Source: Candidatus Woesebacteria bacterium
GTDB taxonomy: Bacteria > Patescibacteriota > Microgenomatia > UBA8517
Length of the DNA stretch: 64,000 nucleotides
Assembly (NCBI GenBank): GCA_013374835.1
Contig: CP055307.1
Coordinates: 660,768 to 724,767, forward strand
Direction: 5' to 3'
The first letter of the stretch is position 1; every line of letters starts with the position of its first letter. Shown piece by piece: positions 56,781 through 64,000 of the stretch. A program made the position numbers and the translations under genes. The notes under the pieces were generated by a model that worked only from the letters and a program-made list of their open reading frames with translations, searched no databases and had not been told where the DNA came from.

Positions 56781-57409
56781 AATGGGTAGGATCATTTTTT
56801 TTTATACTTATTCTCGCCTTGCTTTTTAAAGGTTTTACCTTTGTTCAGGGGATTTCTTTTCAAGATTTAGAGGCAACCATTAAAATTAGTGTTTGTGGCG
56901 ACGGAAAAATTGAAGGCGATGAGAATTGCGAGGGAGATAATTTAAATAACCAAACTTGTGAAAGTTTAGGCTATGGTTCTGGTACCTTAACTTGCGATAT
57001 TGCCTGCAGTTTTGATACTTACGGCTGCTTACCCGCTCCAACAACTACTCCTACACCATTTTCTTCTACCCATCAAACTATTCCCCAATCTGACACAACC
57101 ACGTCTAGTTTAATTTCAAGTCTGGCACCAACACCCTTTTTTTATTCTACTCCGAAACGAACCGTCTCCCTTCCGCAGGCAATAATTCCTTTTGACACTA
57201 ATTGTGATAATATAATTGAAATAAGTGAACTTTTTGAAAGCGTCAGAGATTGGGTTGATAGCTGGATAATTAAAACGAGTAAATCAATTATTCGAAGAGA
57301 AACCAGCAAAAAAACAAGATGTGGTTTAATTCAAGATTGTGATTTAAACCGTGATAATGAGTGTAATATAGTCGATTTTTCAATACTTATGTATTACGTA
57401 AAGATATAA
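56777..57409 (+). CDS. secreted Cys-rich protein with Thr/Pro-rich linker and two dockerin-like Ca-binding-type repeats
   Basis: Signal peptide; CGDGKIEGDENCEGD; T/P/S linker; DTNCDNIIEISELFESVRDWV and DCDLNRDNECNIVDFSILMYYV resemble dockerin repeats; 210 aa. Confidence 0.35.
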   Translation: MKWVGSFFFILILALLFKGFTFVQGISFQDLEATIKISVCGDGKIEGDENCEGDNLNNQTCESLGYGSGTLTCDIACSFDTYGCLPAPTTTPTPFSSTHQTIPQSDTTTSSLISSLAPTPFFYSTPKRTVSLPQAIIPFDTNCDNIIEISELFESVRDWVDSWIIKTSKSIIRRETSKKTRCGLIQDCDLNRDNECNIVDFSILMYYVKI

Positions 57410-57410
57410 A

Positions 57411-58403
57411 ATGAAAAAACTCGCTATTTTCACTTTTCTTCTAAAGATTATTGGCTTTATTATTGCCTCTTGGTTTTTGGTTCATATCTTGTCTATTTTT
57501 GGAGTCTTTTTGGCATTAGCTTACCCTCTTTGGTATCTTTTTGGATTTAAGAGAATTCCTTGTTTATGGTGTCAAATTAAAAAGGCGCAATTTTGTACTT
57601 TTTCTCATAGTATTTTCGATTCTGGCTTGATTTTGGTTTTTACTTTGTTTTCTCTTGGCTTAGTTTTTGCTGAAGCAAAAATTATTTTCAAAATGGGTTT
57701 TCCACCAACAGCTAAAACAGTTTCTTTTGTTATTCCCACTAAGGGTCAATACCGATTAGGTGAAATCTTTCCAATGAAGATCGAAATATCTGGGGTTAAA
57801 ACCCCTATTAATGCCGTTCAAGCTGATTTGGGTTTTGACTCTAAAAAAATTCAGATTGTTGACATATCAACCAATGAATCGTTTGCAAATATATTTATTC
57901 AGAAAGAAATCAATAATGAAGTTGGTTATGCCCGATTGACCGGTGGTTTGCCAAATCCTGGTTTTTTTTCAGAACATGGAGTTTTTGGTTCTGTTTTTTT
58001 TAAGGGCATAACACCAGGAATTGTACAAATTAAGTTTCTGCCCTCTTCAATGGTTTTAGCAAATGACGGTCGAGGCAGTAATGTATTAAAGGATTTGGCA
58101 TCTGCTTCTTATTTGATTTTACCTGAAAAATTGTCTCAAGAGGAAGAAGAGATTCAAAAAAGTATTATTTTGAAACCAAATGTTTTGGGGGAAAGTAACG
58201 AAAACACTAAAATGAAGTTTTATGAAGAGAAAGGAGTTTTAGGAACGCAGGTTGTAAAAGACATCGAAAAAGTGAAAAAATTTGACTTAGGTAAAAAAAT
58301 ATTAGAAATTTTGGAAAAAATTGATCGGTTTATTTTATCTTTGTGGGCAAGGTTAACTGGATTAACGTCATCTTTTTTTACTTCGCGTTTCTACCGGGCA
58401 TAA
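57411..58403 (+). CDS. membrane protein with cohesin-like extracellular domain
   Basis: Three N-terminal TM helices, then VSFVIPTKGQYRLGEIFPMKIEISGVKTPINAVQADLGFDSKKIQIVDIS...GVFGSVFFKGITPGIVQIKF, a cohesin-like pattern; 330 aa. Confidence 0.35.
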   Translation: MKKLAIFTFLLKIIGFIIASWFLVHILSIFGVFLALAYPLWYLFGFKRIPCLWCQIKKAQFCTFSHSIFDSGLILVFTLFSLGLVFAEAKIIFKMGFPPTAKTVSFVIPTKGQYRLGEIFPMKIEISGVKTPINAVQADLGFDSKKIQIVDISTNESFANIFIQKEINNEVGYARLTGGLPNPGFFSEHGVFGSVFFKGITPGIVQIKFLPSSMVLANDGRGSNVLKDLASASYLILPEKLSQEEEEIQKSIILKPNVLGESNENTKMKFYEEKGVLGTQVVKDIEKVKKFDLGKKILEILEKIDRFILSLWARLTGLTSSFFTSRFYRA

Positions 58404-58516
58404 CTACAACAAACGGCGAACAAGAAGTTTTTTTAGTTTTTATCGCAAATATATAACAATTTTAAATAATTTTTGATAAAATAAGGTTTAGCAGTTTTTT
58501 CAGATATACTCAAAAT

Positions 58517-58591
58517 GCCCCGTTAGTTCAACGGATAGAACAAATCCCTTCTAAGGATTAGATGGGGGTTCGATTCCCTCACGGGGCACCA
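58517..58591 (+). tRNA. tRNA-Arg (anticodon TCT), CCA encoded
   Basis: GCCCCGTTAGTTCAACGGATAGAACAAATCCCTTCTAAGGATTAGATGGGGGTTCGATTCCCTCACGGGGCACCA. Confidence 0.85.
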
Positions 58592-58667
58592 GGGCCCGTA
58601 GCTCAGTGGCCAGAGCAGTCGGCTCTTAACCGAATGGTCGGAGGTTCGAATCCTCCCGGGCTCACCA
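58592..58667 (+). tRNA. tRNA-Lys (anticodon CTT), CCA encoded; starts directly after the CCA of tRNA-Arg
   Basis: GGGCCCGTAGCTCAGTGGCCAGAGCAGTCGGCTCTTAACCGAATGGTCGGAGGTTCGAATCCTCCCGGGCTCACCA. Confidence 0.8.
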
Positions 58668-58979
58668 TTTGGGAAATCGCGAAATCGTTGGATGCGGTGC
58701 CCCGACCCGCCGCGTTTCCGAAAAAGTCGGCTTGAACATTCCGCTGAAAGCGTAACAAAGAAAAACGCAAAAATTTTAAAGAACTTTTATTAAATTCAAA
58801 TGGCCACCCCGGTCGTACTCAAACCCTTTCAGATCTGCCCAAGGTGGCCATTAAAAAATCCGAAAGATAATTAGAGTACAGTTTTAATATACAAATTTTT
58901 CAAAGAAAAAAACAATAATTACTCTTCTCAAAAACTTTTGAAAAAAATATAATACACTTAAAATTATTGAAAAACATAT

Positions 58980-59294
58980 ATGAATACGCAACAAAAACAA
59001 TTGCTTAACTTTGTCCGCAAACTCAATCTGGATGTCCTTATGTTTGAGGAGTTGGAAGACCAAGATAGTCCACTAGTGAGTTTTATTAACTCATTTACTC
59101 TTAATTACATTGTTTCAGGACTTAATCAGTCAGAAAGACAAAAGTTTGTTGACTTGCTTGAACACGAGGCTGATGACGACAATGTATGGCAGTTTGTGAG
59201 AAAACACATTAAAAACTTTGATGAGAATTACGAAAAAGAGTTGGAAGGTAAATTAAAAGAAATAAAAATTCAGGCACTAAATAACAAGAAGTAA
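58980..59294 (+). CDS. hypothetical protein (islet-borne)
   Basis: 104-aa ORF; no motif. Confidence 0.3.
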   Translation: MNTQQKQLLNFVRKLNLDVLMFEELEDQDSPLVSFINSFTLNYIVSGLNQSERQKFVDLLEHEADDDNVWQFVRKHIKNFDENYEKELEGKLKEIKIQALNNKK

Positions 59295-59307
59295 CAACGA
59301 AAACATT

Positions 59308-62160
59308 ATGATAGACAATAACGAACAACTAGGTTTCTCTGAACAAGAAGTATTAAAAGAAAAGGCTTTAAAACTTTCTTCAAAATATACAGAGGTCATT
59401 AAGCGGATAACCGATACATCGGTTTACAAAGACGAAAATACTGGGCATTTCAGATTAACAACCGATGGTAGGCAAAATGCACACGAAATCTTTGATGACT
59501 TTTTTAAGCAGGCAGGTGGAAATCACCAACTTCTAAGACTAGCGGTGGACAGTGCTTATAAAACAGTTAAGTCTGATATTCAACAAAGCAGAGAAGAAGA
59601 AAAGCTTGATGAGCGTGGGTGGGCGTTATTAAGAACCGTACAAAGCATACAAGGAGTGAATACTTGGCAGGAAGCAAATGAAGTTTACTCAAGGATGGTT
59701 GGTCAAGCCGCCAAAGAGCAGGGCCTTTCCGCCGCTCGGCTATATCAAAAAGCAAAGGAAATAAGAGAACGACTTGAATCTGAGGGTATATCGGTTGATG
59801 AATATTTAAGAAAAGATAAAGAAAAATTTGATAATGTTCTCATAACCGAAACTGAAAAACTTGATAACGAAACAGTAACACTGCTAGGCAAAGCAAGAAA
59901 AAAGTTAGAGGAATTTAAACAAAAAGTTAGCGGTTGGCTTCCCAAAAAGCAGAAAGACAGACAACCCCAGATAGAAACCCGTGATATTACTCCAGAGGAA
60001 GAAGTTCCAGCTTTGCTTAGAAAAAAAATGACTCGCAGGCAATTCTTGAAATTTGCGGGGGCAACGGGAGCAGTAATTGTGCTGGAGCCTATCATTAGGG
60101 TGGGATTAGACCCTGAATTTCAAGCGGGACTTAGAGCTGCTTCTACCCGCCCTGAAATGCCAGGTAGTGGAGAGAGACACGAGGTTTCCTTGTCAACTTT
60201 ACTTGAAGTTTACAGAAAACATTTTAAGGGAAGGGAACATTTGCTCCCAGAAAGGGTTTGGGTAAGGACAGAAGGAGAAGGTGCAGATGAAAAACTAAGA
60301 GGGACAGGCACGCATCTTGGCATTCTTGCCAACCAATATTACGAGTCTGAAAAAAGAGGGGGGGAAGATTTTGACACCTACTACAAACGCTTCGTAGACA
60401 GCTTTCACGATTTGTCAGATACTGCTGGGCTTGACTTCATCACCCTAGTAACCAGTTTGCAAATTAGTGCTGAAAATATTGCTGGTTATGAAGAGCCCAA
60501 AGGCCCATCGAATATTGATGTTAATGTATCTCGTATTCAAGAAGTGGGAATAACTGCTGCACGAGCACTGGGACTAGAGTCTGCTATGGTTGAATCATTA
60601 GGTATAGGTGGACTTGCGTCTCAAATTAGAAACGAAGCTGAAAGGAGGGGTATTACAACGCCTCTGGAGGGTGCTATACCTAAGGAAGGCATAAGGCATT
60701 ACGATTTAATAAGATTAAGAGAACAGCCAACCACGGGTTTAATGGACTTCGAGCCAGGTGGTCGTGCAGAGGCTTTTATTTCGTTCCAAAACAATCCTTT
60801 AAGCGAAATGCTACGAAGAGAATATCCTCAAGTTTGCGAAAAATACGATAGAGCACACGAAAGGCGTGAGGAAGTTTCAGCAATAAGGGGAGAAATGGAG
60901 TCAGCTGCAAACGACTTTATTGAAAGACACGAAGACACTCTTAGACCATTTGCGGAAGGAAATGAAGAGGCTCTTAATGCAATCGGAATTTCACCCAATA
61001 TGGATTTGTGGCAACTAATAAACTATACAGATGTTTGGTATAAGGTCTCTGAAATACCAACTAACCCTGAATTTGCCTACCAACGAACAGTTGAATATAT
61101 AAAAAAAGAAGCGACTAAAGACCCACGAGCTTTCTATAAAAGATTATTTTCTCAGCAAATTAGAAATCCAAGATTTCTAAACTATTTAATGGATCACTCA
61201 ATCTCAAACAACGACCAAGAAGAAGGCTCGGCTGTATCCAATATCCAAAACCTTGTAACAGAATACGAGCAGAAGGCAAAGAATTTAAGGATTGCCCATC
61301 TTAATATTTTAGAAGCAGAAGGAAGGTTTGAATACGACAGCAGATTTCAACAAGCAACAAGTGTTTTAGTAACCAAAAAACTCTCTGATACAGCGGGAAA
61401 GTTTAACCCAAACAGCAGAGACAGCCTTGGCTGGCATATCTATAAAACTTGTGCAGCCAGAGAAATAGCCCCTATCCCCTTTTTGGTAGACGAACAGCCA
61501 TTCGCTTGCGACATAACAATTGACCCACCTTATGCACCAGAGGCAACCATAGAATCATTAGATACTTTTGCAAGGATGTTACAAGAAGCTGGGATACTTG
61601 AAACAGCTCCAGACAGAAATATAAATGCGTTCTATAGCACTATGGAGAAAATGTTCTGGCGAGATGGGGGTGTGTGGTTTGGAGCAGAACCCACAGAAGA
61701 AGAACAAACAAAATGGAAAAAAATATTAAACCACTTTAATGAAAAGTTGGCTAACCGTTTATTTTATGACTTTGCAGGACTACTTCACGATGAGCAAAAA
61801 ATGAGTGAGTTAAATAAAATAATGATGAACAAAGGACTTATTTCCGAACCCGCCAATAAAGACCCTTATAATTTTTTCACCCAGTTTGTTTATTTAGCAT
61901 TAAATAGTAGACATATGCGCCGAAATATTTCAGATGCTGATTGGAATGAAGCAGAGAGGTATTTTCAAGATAATATAATGCCCATGGTCATTACCAGAGA
62001 AGAAGTTTCACCTGGGGTTTTTAGGGAAAAATGGAACATAGGCTCTGCTGACTATCCTCCAATATTCCGTTCACAAGCAGTAATGTATAATTTCCTTATT
62101 GACCAAAACCCAGAATCACCATCATCAACACCATCAAGTGAGGTGCTAGGACACCATTAG
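59308..62160 (+). CDS. large hypothetical protein (ORFan) with internal Tat-like motif and TM helix
   Basis: 950 aa; residues ~243-265 MTRRQFLKFAGATGAVIVLEP resemble a Tat signal but are internal; no catalytic motif; GC content visibly above local background. Confidence 0.45.
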   Translation: MIDNNEQLGFSEQEVLKEKALKLSSKYTEVIKRITDTSVYKDENTGHFRLTTDGRQNAHEIFDDFFKQAGGNHQLLRLAVDSAYKTVKSDIQQSREEEKLDERGWALLRTVQSIQGVNTWQEANEVYSRMVGQAAKEQGLSAARLYQKAKEIRERLESEGISVDEYLRKDKEKFDNVLITETEKLDNETVTLLGKARKKLEEFKQKVSGWLPKKQKDRQPQIETRDITPEEEVPALLRKKMTRRQFLKFAGATGAVIVLEPIIRVGLDPEFQAGLRAASTRPEMPGSGERHEVSLSTLLEVYRKHFKGREHLLPERVWVRTEGEGADEKLRGTGTHLGILANQYYESEKRGGEDFDTYYKRFVDSFHDLSDTAGLDFITLVTSLQISAENIAGYEEPKGPSNIDVNVSRIQEVGITAARALGLESAMVESLGIGGLASQIRNEAERRGITTPLEGAIPKEGIRHYDLIRLREQPTTGLMDFEPGGRAEAFISFQNNPLSEMLRREYPQVCEKYDRAHERREEVSAIRGEMESAANDFIERHEDTLRPFAEGNEEALNAIGISPNMDLWQLINYTDVWYKVSEIPTNPEFAYQRTVEYIKKEATKDPRAFYKRLFSQQIRNPRFLNYLMDHSISNNDQEEGSAVSNIQNLVTEYEQKAKNLRIAHLNILEAEGRFEYDSRFQQATSVLVTKKLSDTAGKFNPNSRDSLGWHIYKTCAAREIAPIPFLVDEQPFACDITIDPPYAPEATIESLDTFARMLQEAGILETAPDRNINAFYSTMEKMFWRDGGVWFGAEPTEEEQTKWKKILNHFNEKLANRLFYDFAGLLHDEQKMSELNKIMMNKGLISEPANKDPYNFFTQFVYLALNSRHMRRNISDADWNEAERYFQDNIMPMVITREEVSPGVFREKWNIGSADYPPIFRSQAVMYNFLIDQNPESPSSTPSSEVLGHH

Positions 62161-62195
62161 GTTGAATTAACAGAAATTAAAATATAATCATAAAT

Positions 62196-62381
62196 ATGAA
62201 TAAGGACAAAAAAACAAAAGTAGACAAAACAGCTCTGACTACTGCTATGACCAAAATGAATATTTTTAGAGGAATAGAAGAAATCAAAAAAGTTTCCCGT
62301 TCAACATTAAGACTAGACAATAAAGATATAATTTATACTTTTATTGATATGGAGGGGGTAAATTTTAAGTTGAAAGAATAG
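62196..62381 (+). CDS. small hypothetical protein
   Basis: 61-aa ORF; weak. Confidence 0.2.
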   Translation: MNKDKKTKVDKTALTTAMTKMNIFRGIEEIKKVSRSTLRLDNKDIIYTFIDMEGVNFKLKE

Positions 62382-62467
62382 TTAGACATAGAATTTGAAC
62401 CCGAAAGAGTTAAACTGAAAATCACAAAACAGAGTTTTGTGGCTACAACAAAAATACCAAAGGAAAG

Positions 62468-62680
62468 ATGGGCTATATTCAATATGATAAGCCGTTGTAT
62501 TCTGCTAGATATGTTGACCCCAAGGAAAAGCCTTTCGTGGGCGAGGTCAGCATATTTGGTGATAATGTAGCATTTATCAACTTTTCGTCAAAACAAAAAA
62601 TGTATGCCGTTGTCATTGAAGACGCTTCTTTTGCCCAAACAATGAAGTCTTTTTATCTTCACTATGTTTGGAAATTGTAA
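62468..62680 (+). CDS. small hypothetical protein
   Basis: 70-aa ORF; weak. Confidence 0.2.
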   Translation: MGYIQYDKPLYSARYVDPKEKPFVGEVSIFGDNVAFINFSSKQKMYAVVIEDASFAQTMKSFYLHYVWKL

Positions 62681-62941
62681 AAAAAATAAGAGCTACAACT
62701 AGACACTCCCTATGGAGATCTTACTGCGAAACTGATAAAATATCTAGAAATATTCGCTCGTGAGAGCAGTACAGAAATTGAGGATTGGGAGTTTCAGTGT
62801 CCACGCACGGGCGGGTGGGGCAAGGACATTATAAAATCCTTTCCTTGCTCGAGCGAAGCAGAGAAAAAATGCGTTCGAATTTTTCCAAAAACGTGCACCG
62901 TGTTTAATGTGGTGATAGGTGCGTTCAACTTACCACCACAT

Positions 62942-63013
62942 GGGCCCATAGCTTAATAGTAGAACAACACCCTCTTAATGTGATGGTCGGAGGTTCGAAT
63001 CCTCCCGGGCTCA
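62942..63013 (+). pseudogene. tRNA-Lys-like degenerate copy: divergent 5' half (weak D and anticodon stems, acceptor mismatch) but 3' half identical to tRNA-Lys; right boundary of islet
   Basis: GGGCCCATAGCTTAATAGTAGAACAACACCCTCTTAATGTG + ATGGTCGGAGGTTCGAATCCTCCCGGGCTCAC; the 32-nt stretch 62983-63014 is identical to 58634-58665. Confidence 0.6.
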
Positions 63014-63077
63014 CAGCGGCGAGCAATGTTGCTTTTTTGATCTGTTTATGTCATTCTTTAGAGTGTAGGTTTAACTT

Positions 63078-63701
63078 ATGAAGTCTGAACCGCTGAGTAA
63101 AAGCATTATATTTGTAATTACTTTTTTTGCCCTTACACCAATTGCTCTTATTACGAGTTTATTTGCGCTTCTTTCAGTTTCTGACAAAGACAATTCCGAG
63201 GCAAATGTCTTGTCGTACGAAACACAAAACTTAATTAAAGTACCCCAAAATGGAGTACAGGTTTATGCATCGCTTCCGGATAATTCACCTGTTATTTATG
63301 CGATCCCTCAAACCGTAGATGCAAGAGGTGAATTGATAAGGCAGTATCTTATGCGGTATAATTCCCCGCTTATTCCTTATGCAAATTATTTGGTGGAGAT
63401 CTCTGATAAATACGGGCTTGATTTTAGACTTTTGACTGCTATTGCTCAGCAAGAATCTAATCTTTGCAAAAAGATACCCGCCGAAAGTTATAACTGCTGG
63501 GGCTGGGGGATTCATAGCGAAGGAACTCTTCGTTTTGAGTCTTTTGAACACGCTATTGAAACAGTCGCCCGGGGCATTAAAAGCGAATATATAGACAAGG
63601 GATTAATTAGCGTTGAGGAGATTATGTCCAAATGGATACCCCATTCACCCGAAGGCTCCTGGGCAAAGGGCGTTGCTGCTTTTATGGAGGAAATGGAATA
63701 G
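63078..63701 (+). CDS. membrane-anchored protein with SLT/glucosaminidase-like motif (possible peptidoglycan hydrolase)
   Basis: N-terminal TM; LLTAIAQQESNLC resembles the lytic transglycosylase / FlgJ-type ...AQ.ES... motif; 207 aa. Confidence 0.35.
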   Translation: MKSEPLSKSIIFVITFFALTPIALITSLFALLSVSDKDNSEANVLSYETQNLIKVPQNGVQVYASLPDNSPVIYAIPQTVDARGELIRQYLMRYNSPLIPYANYLVEISDKYGLDFRLLTAIAQQESNLCKKIPAESYNCWGWGIHSEGTLRFESFEHAIETVARGIKSEYIDKGLISVEEIMSKWIPHSPEGSWAKGVAAFMEEME

Positions 63702-63717
63702 AAAGAGATTTTTTGTT

Positions 63718-64000
63718 ATGTCTGCACATTATGACAAATTTGATTATCCTGCGTATTGGAAAGGACGCGATTATGAGCATGAGAGCGAGGTCGTTGCCAT
63801 TAGAGAATTTTTAAACAAGATTGAAAAAATTGAAAGGATTCTTGATCTTGGGTGTGGATTTGGTAGGCTTACCCCTTATTACTTTTACAGAGCAAAAAAA
63901 GTTTATCTTATAGATCCTTCATCTTCCCTCCTTAAAAAAGCTAAGAGCTTGTTAAAAAGCGAAAAAAAACGCATAAAGTTTGTCCAATCCAAGCTTGAAA
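63718..64000 (+). CDS. class I SAM-dependent methyltransferase (5' partial, runs off window)
   Basis: ATG at 63718; translation MSAHYDKFDYPAYWKGRDYEHE...ILDLGCGFGRL (motif I GxGxG); no stop before 64000. Confidence 0.55.
   Translation, partial: MSAHYDKFDYPAYWKGRDYEHESEVVAIREFLNKIEKIERILDLGCGFGRLTPYYFYRAKKVYLIDPSSSLLKKAKSLLKSEKKRIKFVQSKLE

Overview
This is an AT-rich window (roughly 35-40% GC by eye) with short, tightly packed genes. TAA, TAG and TGA are all used as stops, so the genetic code is standard. Gene content is consistent with a reduced Candidate Phyla Radiation / Patescibacteria-like bacterium. Consistent features include an archaeal-type bifunctional PGI/PMI, a DRG-type GTPase, and lexA paired with uvrA, uvrB and a short uvrC. 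This is an inference, not a database result.

Positions 1-33 kb are a conserved housekeeping core. It holds gatB, dnaE, rplS, ruvC, holA and a sugar-phosphate / lower-glycolysis cluster (PMM/PGM, PGI, PpsA, enolase, iPGM). It also holds lexA transcribed divergently from a uvrB ... uvrA ... uvrC locus, plus secG, cyclophilin, alpha-glucan phosphorylase and tgt.

Positions 33-48 kb are punctuated by tRNAs. Called here are His (with an encoded G-1), Gly(GCC), Pro, Leu(TAA), Arg(TCG), Leu(CAG), Leu(GAG), Val and Phe. This stretch contains a minus-strand operon of nucleotide-handling enzymes: two HIT proteins, a histidine phosphatase, a HAD phosphatase and a ParB-like protein. It also contains pyrG, a dsbA/dsbB pair and a DRG/TGS GTPase. 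A large serine recombinase sits between two inverted copies of a GC-rich imperfect-palindromic ~70-bp element. A third copy lies 5.4 kb further on. Two of the three copies directly abut the 3' ends of tRNA-Leu genes.

Positions 48-64 kb are accessory. (i) A 3.4-kb cassette is bracketed by a 137-bp direct repeat. The repeat carries the promoter and 5' two-thirds of tRNA-Gly(TCC). The left copy is a truncated tRNA followed by a second tRNA-like fragment. The cassette holds a membrane protein, a processive GT2 synthase (QxxRW) and a secreted hydrolase-like protein. (ii) A 757-aa BNR/Asp-box repeat protein has a compositionally foreign GC-rich middle section. (iii) An intact 1.1-kb IS encodes a DDE transposase and has 32-33-bp terminal inverted repeats. 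(iv) A cell-surface gene set follows: a secreted domain paralogous to the BNR protein C-terminus (WxL-like), a signal-plus-C-terminal-anchor protein, a Cys-rich dockerin-like protein and a cohesin-like membrane protein. (v) A 4.3-kb islet is bounded by a 32-bp direct repeat of the tRNA-Lys 3' end. It carries a 950-aa ORFan with an internal Tat-like motif and no recognisable integrase.

No CRISPR array and no rRNA were seen.
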